Positions 1 through 12,680 of a stretch of 64,000 bases of DNA are shown here, piece after piece. How positions within the stretch are numbered: the first letter of the stretch is position 1; every line of letters starts with the position of its first letter. The position numbers and the translations under genes were made by a program. This DNA is from Chrysomallon squamiferum (taxonomy: Eukaryota > Animalia > Mollusca), in the NCBI GenBank assembly GCA_012295275.1, contig CM022665.1, positions 8,680,001-8,744,000 on the forward strand, read 5' to 3'. The notes below the pieces were generated by a model. That model saw nothing but the letters and a program-made list of their open reading frames with translations. It was not told the DNA's origin and made no database searches.

Positions 1-1756
1 TCTGAAGAGTTTAGACAAAATTATATTTTGAAGTTGAACTAAGTATAAATTAATGTTAAGTAATTATTGAATTTTCTTGTTACTTTTGAGACAAATGTAT
101 ATCAATAAAATGGATTTTTAAAAAAAAAAATTTTTTTTATTTTTTTATTAAATTTATATTTTCAATCAAAGCTTATAACACCTATACTCTACAGTGATTA
201 TTATTATTATTATTTTTTTTTTTTTGGTATTTGAATTTATAATTCATTTTTGTAAATTTAATTTGTTATTATTTAAAATAATAGTAATAACAATATGGAC
301 ACCAAAAAGACTTTTATCAATATTGTGGGTGTTTTTTTCTCTCTTAAATGAAATAAATAAATAATGATTGTGAACTGAAGTCGTGGCTAACAGACATTAG
401 CAGAAGAAACAGGTGTTTTGTCTCTAACAAGACAAAGGATTATTTATCAAGTGTAAATAATAAATAGCATGTAACATTTAGTAATTTGAGATGGTATTGA
501 CTATTTTCAGGTGTAGTGACTTGAGCACCATAATAAATTCAATAAATTGACATGTTTAATAAATAAATAAAAAATTAAAAAAACTTAAATAAATAAAAAA
601 TAAATAAAAGTATTCTTACCAGCAGTTTTTAAGAAAAATAAGACAAAGGGTTATTTAATCAAATATAAATGATAAATAACAAGATAATTTTGTTTTTAAA
701 GATTGTATTGACTATTTTCAGTTGTTGTCTGTTGAATACTTATATATTTCAAAAATATTGTGTTAATATATTTTTTTAAACACCATAAAAGTTTGCTTAC
801 CAGCAATTATGAAAAAATACATACATTTCCAAAATACAGGTAAATTTTATATAATGCATAACCAAGCAGTATGCAATCATATCTTGGATGCCTTTTTATT
901 TTGTTGGTGTGTTTAGCATAAACTTTACACTGATTGATTTGCACCAATACTTAATAACATCTAAACTCCATTCTGTGTCATAGAATATTTTGTTACCTTT
1001 TTTTGATGACTAAACTGTTAGAACCTAAACCAGTCCTTTTACTTTTCTTCTTTTTTTTTTTTTGGCTTGTTTTGTGAGAGAAAATAAAAGGTGGTTCAGA
1101 TTTCACCACTAATATCAAAGGCTTGGTTAATTGGAAAATCTTTTCTGTCCAGCACATCTTGGGCTGTGAAGCCTTGTTTCTCTGTTTGACAGATATGAAG
1201 GAGGGAGGGCTAAGCCGCTCACCTCTAACCAGGGTCTCTATCTAACATAGATAAGTTCAAAGGGCAGGATCAGCTATCTAAATGTCTGGCCAGGTTGTCA
1301 AACATTGGCTTTGACTGGACATAGGCCAGTTACTGGCAGTCTGTAATTGTGCAAAGCCTGTGATAGTGTATAGTGAGATTTATTACTCAATGGGTGAAAT
1401 AACGTGAATTCACAATCTTACATTTGTCTTGAGTGGTTGATGTACAGTCTTGTGCAGTCTTTTTAGGTGAAATTATCCCCTGATTTCATTCAATAGGAGA
1501 TCTGTTGTATTGGGAATTTTTACCTTTGAGAATTAGGATATTTAGTTTCTTTGTTTCAAACAGTGGTAGAGTGGATTTGTCATTGCACTTGGAAAGTAGA
1601 TATTAAGTACAGAATATTTCATTCAGTCAACAAATAGAGGATTGATTCATTAATTTTTTTTTATTTCACTGACTTTTTATACTTTTTAAATTTTGGTGTA
1701 TAATGTTTTATTATTTTCATTAAACTAGAGTGATTTCACAATACATTTAAATTTAA

Positions 1757-1792
<36 letters not shown>

Positions 1793-1865
1793 AACAGAGA
1801 TTAACACAACAGTCAACAGATTATCTCTGTATAATGAAGATTTAGTTATTTTGATTATCTGCCAG

Positions 1866-1952
1866 TGATTTGTGGTGATAAACTTACTGAGGAATTCTTT
1901 ACAAGAGATAATATCTCTGTCCATCGTAATTATACCAGAATGAACAAGTCAG
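1866..1952 (+). CDS. Candidate upstream ASPP exon (87-nt phase 1-1 cassette, or first exon with ATG at 1940, MNKSG)
   Basis: Perfect donor CAG|GTGAGT at 1952/1953; open frame whose phase 1 end matches the exon at 5917; possible acceptor TCTGCCAG at 1865. Confidence 0.35.
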
Positions 1953-3199
1953 GTGAGTCAAATATTCTGCTTTGTTCTATTGCACAGAAACTGCCAGTAG
2001 TAAATAGATTAGTAATTATCAATTCAAGCAAGAATTAACAAATTTTGAAGATGTATACCTTGAATCAGATATTGGTATAATTCATTGAACATATGAAAAA
2101 GGAAGTAGTTTTAGGTTTAATGAAATATAAAATATATATATATTAAATTTTATTGTTGTATAATATTATTGAAATTAAAATATTGCTGCTTTAATTTGGA
2201 GTGAAACTATTCTTATAAAATGATGTAAATAAGAATAAGATATAATTTCAGTTTGTTTAGAATATTTTGACTAACTGAATAAATTAATCCACTTTGTATT
2301 ACTGCATAGAACCAGTTTGTGGTCATCATCTGTAAATTTATCATTACAGCAAGAACTTATAGTTTGAATATAATTATTTCATGAAAACTTTACCTTATAT
2401 CATATAACTGGGTTATAGGAGTTAATATGTTATTTAAAAAAATATAATAAAATAAAAGGAAAAAAGAAAGTAGGATAAGTAGGAGTTAATTATAATGTTA
2501 TTTTGATATTTCATATTTTTATGAAGAATATAACTCATAGTTTTGGGGGGGGGGTTGTTATTGTTTTTTTTTTTTTTTTTTTTTTTGAAGAAGGATATAT
2601 CTCAGTATTTTGTGAGATAAAAATAGGTGTTAATACTGTAATTCTTCACATTCTCTCAGCCATTACTTAAGGGTAAAATCATGACATACAGATATTTTTG
2701 CATTTGTGACAACAGTTTATTGGCATAAATCTGTATCTTTTGATTTCATAATTATCTGCTGTTAAATGTCTTCCAGCTAACACTGTTTTGTTATTTTAGT
2801 TCATTTATCATTTTATGTGTTGTTAGGTATATTTTTATCTTTTATAACCACATAGCAGACTATAAAGTATTTTTTGTATCTAGCGGGTATGTGGTATTTC
2901 CTCATTTATTATTATTAACACCATTATTATTATTGTTGTTGTTGTTGTTGTTATTTATATTAATTTTATTATTATTGTGTTCATATTTATTATTTTTTTC
3001 TATTTGTTCCTTAAATAAAGAACACAGGTTGTACAATAAAAATGATTAAAATCGACCTCAGGTATGAAATTTAGGACTCTCACACTACATATAATATTAA
3101 TAAATTAAAAAAGTACACGAATGAATGAATATAGAGGCAAAAACCTTTTGTTTTTTTATCAGTTAAATAATTATTGAATTTTAAACAGGAGGTTTTCAT

Positions 3200-3370
3200 A
3201 AAAGGAAACATGGTGCTATCATCTACTCTCATTACTTAATGGAAAGGAATTTTGATTCTTTCTACAGAAGAATAGCACCTATTATGGTTTTCAATAAATC
3301 ATTCATGGTATACTAACTGGACAGGAATTAGACAAGATGGACCACTAAGGAGGATTTATCCAATAGCCAA
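3200..3370 (-). mobile_element. Degraded SINE copy, reverse orientation
   Basis: GGAAAC..TACTCTC..AGAATAGCAC..TGGACCACTAAGGAGGATTTATCC resembles the reverse complement of the 12450-12680 element. Confidence 0.4.
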
Positions 3371-5916
3371 TCAAATTCCAAACATAAGCAGAAAATACAG
3401 AAACCAATTTAATATCAAAATGATTACTTGTAAACTATTTAATTTTTGTCTTCCCTTTTTTGACCTTTGCAATTTATGTATAATGGAAAAAAATTTATTT
3501 GTTTTTGTCATCTTGATTTAGAATTATTTTCATGTATATTTTTCTTAAAATGAGGAAAATCTTTCATTTAGGGATTTGATATCAGATTTTTTTAATTCCT
3601 TTTTTTTTCTTTTTTTTTTTCAATAATTTACTCATGAATTGAAACATAGTTGTTTTTTCTTCTTTTTTTAATTTAAACTGTTTACATAATATTTCTTGTC
3701 ACAAGAGAAAAGGTCAGTATAACTGATTCAATGAAATAGGCTGGAATTTTACAAGGTTATTTAGAATGAGAAAAGCTTTCTAGCTTTTTATTTACCTCTA
3801 TGATGACGTATTTAAAATAACAAACTTTTAAGCACTTCAAACATTGATTTTTTTATTTTTTTTTAAATGAAATTTAAAGAAGAAAATACATAAAAGCTGC
3901 AACTCGACTTGTGACACATTTTTCGTCATTACTATTTTATTAAGTATTATTTCTCATAACATTTGTGTTTATTTATTTTGATTATTTTTCTGCTGCTATT
4001 TGTTTGCTGTCAATACTTCATTGTGTCCAAGATGTTACATTGCTGCAGCTATGTGCCAAGAACAGGGGCTTAGATACACTGGGAATGTCAAACAAGACTT
4101 CAGCTATGCTTCTGAAATTTGTTTTTCTTGGCTTCCATAATCACAAGCAACTCTTGCCAAAAATTGAGACACTGTCACTTGTGTCCAGATTTTCTCCAGT
4201 TTTAATCAGAGTTTTTAACAGACAAATTGTTTTCATTTTGGAAAGTAATGCCAGGCTTTCTGAGGATATTTTGATACCCTGTGTTTTTTTATTTATTTAT
4301 TTATTTTTATGTAGTATACCTATTTCACTCGATGATTCATTTTATGTTAACAAGATATTATTTGTTTACCTGACAGAATGAGAGCAGGTAGGTTATAACA
4401 TATTGTACTTGTCATTTACTGTTTTAGGCAAAGATTTCTGATTAGCAACAGTGGGTAATGGATAAAATTTTATATATTTAAATCTTTAAATAAAACAGAT
4501 AATTAAAAAGAAAAAAGTAGAAATAATTTTGCTATAATTTTGTTCTGTAATATAAGTCAGAGAGTTAATTTTATAATTACATTTTAACTTGAATAATCTT
4601 ACTTTTTGATTAAAATTTAGGTTAAACTTTAATTATCTTTTATTTGTACAATTATGATTCTTATTCTTATTATTATTATTAAACTTATTTATTTATTTAA
4701 GTAATGTTACATATATAAATATTGAATCATTTTAACACTTGTTACTAATCAATCCCAGTATTACAGATGTTAAATTCCAAAGTTTATCACTTACATTTGT
4801 TTTTAACATCAGTGTATGTAATAATGAATGCATTTATTAAATGATGACTTGGTTAGATATATAATATTGATATAAACTGAATATAATGAAGTGTTAGATT
4901 GTACTCAATAATAGCTGATAATTAAACAGTGTATCAGTCTCATTAAATAAAAATGTTTTCTCTTCCTGCTTTAAACATTAAACATTGGGTTTTTATGAAA
5001 CTTGTTTACTCCACATAAATATTTTAAATTCTGTTTTGGATGTTATAATAATAGTTTCTTCATTTGTAAGTGCATGAAAATTTGTTTATTACTCATTATT
5101 TCCTTTAATATTTAAAAAGAATAGTAAATTTGACAGTCTGTTAAAATAATTTAAAGATTGATTTCCCATATCATGTTTTTTTTTTGTTGTTTTTTTTTGT
5201 CTTAAAAAAGAATGTAGTTTAATCTTGTGAAAAGTAATTTGTAGTTTTTTAAAATCAAAATATTTTAGATGTGAAAAGTAATACATAATCCAAAACCATG
5301 TTGGCAAATTTAGATTTACATTAATCTACAACATCCTAGTTCTTTTCCTTTTATTCATACTGAAAATCTCCAGGTTATTAAATGACAGAAATAATTAAAT
5401 GGCCTGATAGTCAGCTGGTACTAAAATCTAGAAATCATTCTTAAATAATTTCAGAAGGAGAAAAGACTTCAAGATCTGTTCTCATAATCCAGGTTTCAAA
5501 TGTACAACATCTACTAATATCTGAATATATTTTATATAACACTAGGTTAAATTGTTGAAAAAAAGAAATAGCACACAATTTATTCCAAAAACAGTAACAG
5601 AATAAAAATGAATTAAACAACAAGCAATTTCAGTTGGCTTTAAAACTGCAGGTATTTTTAACATATTAAAATGTTAAAAATGTTTAACCTAGTTAATTAT
5701 TTGGTTAAAAAGAAAAATGTCTTTTGTTAATAATACTAAATTCTTCTAATCATGATTTAAAAAAAAAAAAAAAAAAAAAAACCTGAAAGGCCTGGATTTT
5801 TAGTGATTATAGTATCATGTAACAGTGTAGCAATTCTAGTTTTAGATCTGTTGTATATAAAGATGTATTTTATCTGACTGATTTATTGTTTTTAACTTGA
5901 GTTATGATTGTTGCAG

Positions 5917-5975
5917 GCAGACGTTCTCACATAAGAAGAGGAAGGGAGACACCACCATCCCTGCAGAGAGCTGTG
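5917..5975 (+). CDS. ASPP: Probable ASPP internal exon (GRRSHIRRGRETPPSLQRAV)
   Basis: Acceptor TTGCAG, donor GTG|GTAAGT, purine/GC-rich open 59 nt; phase 1 start, phase 0 end joins exon 43134 (LPGGMDLTL) in frame. Confidence 0.6.
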
Positions 5976-8900
5976 GTAAGTTGTTTTATTCATTTGTTAT
6001 TTACCTTTGGTGACATGAAAAAATAATCCACATATAATCTTCCTACTTCCTACTTATGATTTATTTGTTTCTTGCTGTCCAGTCTTCATATATAGTTTTA
6101 AAATATTTTCTGTAGTCATGATGCCACCACATCCAGAATGGAGTGATTTATTCAACTGATTTATTCAAGTTCCTTCAACTGTTGTAAGAAAAATATAGCT
6201 GTCTGTCCACCATGTAAACAATGATTTCACATTTCTAGAAGTAAAGGAGTAAAATAAAAAAATTGTCAGTGTCTAAATGTTTGTAAGTGGGGTATCATAT
6301 TGTCATACTTTATAATAAGCAATGATTAGTTGTGCAAAACAATAAAACATCTTGTAACAAAGGTACATTTTAAAATTATATATCAGTTATGTATACTGTT
6401 TCATAGCTCATATTACTATGATAAATTAAACAAGTTGAAGAGTAGGAAATTAATGTCTTTGGAGGTGAGTCGCAGAGTAGTAAGGAATTTTTCAATAATT
6501 AAAATGCTAAAACAGAAAGAATTTGAATTTGCGATACCAACTTCTGTTTAAATTACAAAATAAGTTTAAATAATAAAACAGTTGACTTGTAAAGTTTGCT
6601 TAAAATGGCTAAATAATTTTAAATTTTATAAAATCTATGATATAAAGACTTTGTTTCAGACTGACAAATAAGTTTGAAAATTTAAGATACAAGCTTTGCT
6701 TCAAGTTACTAAATAATGTTTTTAAAGAATGAAAATTTAGGATACCAGGTTTGCTTCAGATGGCTAAATAACTTTGAATATTGTCACATACTGAAAATAA
6801 ATAAGAAAAACACTCAAACGTAATTTGTAAGTATACACAGTCTGATGTGATTTAAGTTACCAGTTCTCCAGGATAACAAATGTGTCCAGTAGTGTTGTTT
6901 TCACATATTTACAGTTCAATTACTGTGTAAATGTGGGTAAGGCAAGGTTGATGGAAATCCTAAAAGTGACTGATTCTTGACTTGTATTGTTTGTGTAAAC
7001 AAACTGCAAACTGTCTGGGATTATCTGAAAACAAGAGTATTGGCAATTCAGGCATTTTGCCTTGGCAGTCACTGCCAAATGACGTCTGCTTCTCTTGCAT
7101 TTAACTTCTTCTTGTTTATAAATTAGTGCTTATGCCCTGCAACAAATACACTGATTTAAACCTTCGAGTTGTTTCAAAAGTGAGACCTTGATGCTAATCC
7201 AAAACTTTCAGTCGAATGTAATAAATTCTTATTGTATTTTAAGTTTATTATATTTAATATTGTTTTTGAAAGCTATAAATATAATGAAAATTTTCTGCTG
7301 CATCATAACCATTTTCTTACTGTTAATTTTTCTTTATTTATTTTTCTTTTTTTTTTTTAAAATTAATTTGTAAGCAAATTAACATTTAATTGCTTCACTG
7401 TAAAGGTGACTATCATCATCTAACATAATTTTTTTTTTACCTATTACAGAAATTAATAGTACTTAGGCATTATAATTATTTATCTGGTGAAAATATGAAA
7501 TTAGAAATCATGAATTGTAATTACTAAAGCAATTGCCATAAGTACAAGAGAAGTTAAAACTGACCACAACATGTGACTTAGATGTTTCATAAACACATAC
7601 ATACACACATATAGCAAATAAACATTATATGTAAGCAGAGACTTGTTTATTACAATTTAGTGAAGAGATGTAATGTTATCCTCCTGTTAACACAAGTTTA
7701 CAGGGAAAGAATTTGAAAAATTATCATAAGAAATTGAACATACAACTCCATAGAATGAGTCATTGAAAGTAGGTGATTTTTAATCAAAAAAAAAAAAAAA
7801 AATTATAATATTAAATAAATAAATTAAAATATATATATATATATATAAATATAAAGAAAATAAAAATAAAAATTATAATAATAATAAAAAAAATTACTGT
7901 AAGTATAAATGTCCTTAAATATTTATTAATATTATTTTTGTAGTATTCTTTTATTATTATTTTTTTAATATTTTCTTTACCATTTTTTGTAGAGCATAAA
8001 TGGCACATCAAAAAAATTAAAAATTTTAGTTACTTGGAAGAATTGTATTCACTGATACTTATTACGCACACTTTGGTAATAACAAACTTTTATACACTGA
8101 GACATTAAAGAATTTATATACTTTTTAAAGAAATATTTGAAAATTCTGAATGCAAATTAAAATTAAACTTGTGATATGCCATTATCAATTAATTTATTAA
8201 AATCTAAAATACTGACATTTAACCCTGATATGATTAATTATGACTTGATCAGTATTTTTAATTTAAAATATGTTCTTATATTAATTAATTATGTTACTTT
8301 TGGTAAATACTTTTAATTAAAAAAATATATATTTTGAAGTATTTTAACAGTAAAAATAATTGAAAAAAACTGAAACATTTTGTATGGCTATTTTTTTAAA
8401 TAGTCTACTACCAAATATTTGCAAACAACAACATAATTTTATCTAGTGTGATTTTTTTAAAATTAATTTTAATTCAGAAAATGTTAATTTGAATTACCTT
8501 GATAATAATAATTAAATAAAACTGAAACATTTTGTGTGTGATTTTTAAAAAGGCTGTTACCAAATACTTGTTAACAATAAGAGAATTTTATCAGGTGTGA
8601 GTGGCTTTTGGACCATAGAAAGTGGAGATAAGTATGAGTCATTTTAAAGAAATAACACAGTGTGGGAAACCAACCCAGGCAAATTACAGCCCCATACCCT
8701 GTGTTAACAGTAAATATTGGGGTCATAATACATATTTTCACATCTGAATGAAAACATTGCTGCCATTGTTAGTGTAGTCTGTGCAGTGAAAAAGATGACC
8801 ATTTGAGCCAAATATGTGGTTTGCTCTATGAAAAAATATTTCTCCTTGCTTAGTGGTTTTGGGATATGTATTAGTTTTTTTCTTCTTCAATTGTGCATGA

Positions 8901-9148
8901 AAAATCGAGTTGTCAGTAATATTTTAGCAGTATGGTTATGTTTTATATAGTGAAAAAAACATTAAAGCTGGATGTCTCACAGTCCAAAACTGAATACCTG
9001 GTCATACATTCCAAGTTATGGACATATACACACATATTTATGCATGAATGCATTCATGAATGCACACACACATAAGCACATAAATGAACTTACACAAACT
9101 GATGTCTTTTTTTATATTCATATTTGTGACTGAAACACATTCAAATTA

Positions 9149-9181
<33 letters not shown>

Positions 9182-10132
9182 ACCATATTCATATAATATT
9201 ATGCACACATACAGAAACATATTCATTTATGCACAAATAGAAATAAAATTATTCATATATATACACACATTACACACATACATTCTAGACAGGAAATGAA
9301 GTAAATCACATTCAGTAAACTTGTATAAAGAATTGTTTTAGATATACTGATTTAATTTTCTGATATTTATTTGTCTGTTAGTGTTTTTTTTATCAAAATG
9401 GAAATGCAAACTTTCCATGTTAAAAGAGAAAAATAACTCAAATATATATATATATATATAGACATACATACACACATAATATTTTTTATTATTATTATAT
9501 TTTTTTTTTTTAAAATACTTAGCCATTTTTCCAGTACTTTAATAAGAAGTGGAAAACACTTCTATGACAAATACAGTGAGATTCAGACTTCCTATGTTAC
9601 TTGATTATAACTTAATAAATTTAAAAGGAATGCATTTCTATCAATATATGTTTTTTTCCAGGCAAATAAAAATGCACTTGTGAATGTAGACAACATAATA
9701 CATTAGTATTCCTAAATAATTCATGTTTCCAAATTTAGTTTTTTTTTTTTCCTTTTTCTTTTTTTTTAATGCAGTGATGTTTAAAATATTGCCAAAAATA
9801 TTGAAAGAAAAAAAAAATCTGTAAAAGTACTTTAAAATGATTACTGAAAGGTTTAGAATAAATTGTATTTCAAACATATATTTATTTTAATTTTCCTTCA
9901 AATATAATAAATAACCCAAAATGTGTTCATTTGTGAGTGTAGGTTTGATATGTTTTATCCAAACTAAATATTGTGTGTGTGTGTGTGTTGCATTTTTTTT
10001 GTGTTTGAGAGAGAGAGAACATTTGTTTTGTGTTTGAAAGAATGTATGTGTATGTGTGTGTTTCTGTTGTATGTGTTTTTGTTGTGTGTGTGAGATACAG
10101 TGTGTTTGTGTGTTTGTTTCTGTATTCATATA

Positions 10133-10617
10133 TATTTCTGTGTATGTATGTATCCATATGTATTTCTGTGTATGTGTGTATCCCTATGTATTTCTGTGTA
10201 TGTATGTATCCATATGTATTTCTGTGTATGTATGTATCCGTATGTATTTCTGTGTATGTGTGTATCCCTATGTATTTCTGTGTATGTGTGTATCCCTATG
10301 TATTTCTGTGTATGTATGTATCCATATATATTTCTGTGTATGTGTGTATCCATATGTATTTCTGTGTATGTGTGTATCCATATGTATTTCTGTGTATGTA
10401 TGTATCCATATATATTTCTGTGTATGTGTGTATCCATATGTGTTTCTGTGAATGTGTGTATCCATATGTATTTCTGTGTATGTGTGTATCCATATGTATT
10501 TCTATGTATGTTTGTATCCATATGTATTTTTGTGTATGTGTGTATCCATATGTATTTCTGTGTATGTATGTATCCATCTGTATTTCTGTGTATGTGTGTA
10601 TCCATATGTATTTCTTT
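10133..10617. repeat. 28-bp minisatellite, ~17 units (TATTTCTGTGTATGTGTGTATCCATATG)
   Basis: TATTTCT-like unit starts recur every 28 nt from 10133 to 10609. Confidence 0.95.
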
Positions 10618-12449
10618 GTGTTTGTGTTTCTTTCTATTAAATCATAAAGCATAAATTAGAGAAGTATGTTGTATAAAAATGAAATATTTTGATGCAGAGT
10701 AAGGTCAGTTAATTGTAAATCAGTACATAAATTATGAATAATCAGTAGGTGTTCCTTTTGATGAAATGTAATTACTTTTGTATAAAATGATGAAAAACAA
10801 ATATGTCTGTACACACCTACACGCATACATAATAGATGCATAAATAATATATGTAGCAATCTATGTAGAAAAAAAAGAGAAAAAAAAAACATTAAAAAAT
10901 AAGGATAAGCATATAAATAAAATTATAAGAAAACAGAAATACACTTAGATGTACATTAACCATTGCCTTTGTTCTGACTTTTAAATTACTAATCCACCAT
11001 TTTAACATAGTCGTACATTCTAAACAACCTAAACTCCAGCATATTTCAAAGATGAACAAGTTTTCTTCTTTATCTTTTTTGTTTTTGGAACTATAACATT
11101 CAGCTGCTGTCAAAATATAAAAGGGCAACCAAAGGTAAAACCTAGAAATACAGAGTTGAATGGTTGTAAGTAATGTAGCTAACTGAAAGAATGTTATTAA
11201 TGATTAATCATGTCCACAGTTCCTCATTTATTAACTAAAATCTTTATGAAGGCCAGCGCCTGTTGTACATTTGTTAAAATCTGTGATATTTCCTTTCTTA
11301 TCAGCTGTACTTTCCCAACACTGGGTGTTACTGTTTAATCCAGCCCGCTTTGTGTAACATTGGTGTAATTGTATAGTGCCAGTGTTACAGCATTAATTAC
11401 AGGTTAAAATGAAAAGTGGATTATTCACATACACAATTCTTTGTTATGAGCTGGTCATGTAGAAACCTGTATGTTTATATTAGATTTCTGGATATTATAT
11501 AGTTTAATTATAAAAATATTTAAAATCTGTAAAATGGTGATTGGGGATAAAGTGTCCTTTAGAATTAAAAATAACTTTAATATTCTTAATTTGAATATGT
11601 GTATGTATGTTTGTATGTGTGTGTATGATTTTTTAATTATTATTTTTTTAATTTATATTGTTGGCTGTTTGGCATATACATATATTTCCATTTTCTATAG
11701 TTAAAGTGTATTTGATAGAGTTCTGTATTTTGTGTTTAGTTCGATTTCTGTATTTAGTTAACTTGGTTTTTTCTTCTATTTTTTTACAATCAACAGCTTA
11801 TATTACAATGAACAATATATATGTATTTGTTTAATTGCTTATTTATTTCTGTATTTGCTTATTTATTTGTTTGTTTGTTTGTTTATTTGTTTATTTATTA
11901 CAGTAATTTAATGTTATTGATTATTTTTATTTTTTTATTTTACTTTTTAATTCTATTCATTTAATTTTATTCCATTCTATTCTCTTCTATTTAATTTTAT
12001 TAACTGTAAAAAAAAAAAAAAAAATATTTTTAAAACAAAATTTTATTCATTATTTTGTTAAAAATAACCATGTTATTTATATTTAACAAAAATTAATCAC
12101 TGTCTAACAATATATTACAACTTCTGCAATAAAACTGCCTGAAAGTAGATTTTTTTTCTATGTAATGAAGCCCATGTTTGAAAACTGTATAATACAAAAT
12201 TCAATACAAAACAGAGGTTTATTTCCTTGTGCAGTGTAAACTGTGAAATGGTGTGTTACTGAGTTTGATTAAACAAGTGTGTGATGAGTAGTAATATTGT
12301 CACAGTGAGAAGGAAGAGTCTGTTTACTCTCCTATTGGCCGAGCATGTTTCAAAGCATTACACAGATGTTACAAAACACAGGGCAGTGTGTATCTGTCTC
12401 TGTTTTAGAGTAATGGCATGAGACATCACAGGTTGTAGGATCAATTCTC

Positions 12450-12680
12450 CATGTTGGTAGAGCAGTCAAATGAGATGTCACTGGTCCAGGCTCCATTTTC
12501 CACTGTGGTCCTACTGGTCTGTTCCAATCAAAGCTTCATGACTGGTTTATCAAAGACACCAAAGGTAGTGAGTGGTATGGGAAGGTTAATAGAAAAGATC
12601 TCTTACTGCTAAGGGAAAAAGAATAACCCACTAAGTTGTGGTAGTTGGCTTCTTTTCTCATTATCTGTGTTGTCTTTAAC
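12450..12680 (+). mobile_element. Degraded tRNA-derived SINE (mollusc Meta-domain type)
   Basis: ATGACTGGTTTATCAAAG...AAAAGATCTCTTACTGCTAA..AAAGAATAACCCA..GGCTTCTTTTCTCATTATCTGTGTTGTCTTTAAC resembles the SINE consensus as I recall it; related copies elsewhere in the window. Confidence 0.5.

Noticed and set aside
3965-4381. 138-aa ORF in the ASPP upstream intron
   Set aside because: No ATG at the start, no recognisable domain, and no convincing splice sites.
10133-10617. CRISPR-like regular repeat
   Set aside because: Units are contiguous with no unique spacers, the context is eukaryotic, and there are no cas genes.
9887-10654. Cluster of long overlapping ORFs (up to 205 aa) on both strands
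   Set aside because: Artefact of the stop-free 28-bp minisatellite; the translations are periodic CVYM/HTYI repeats.
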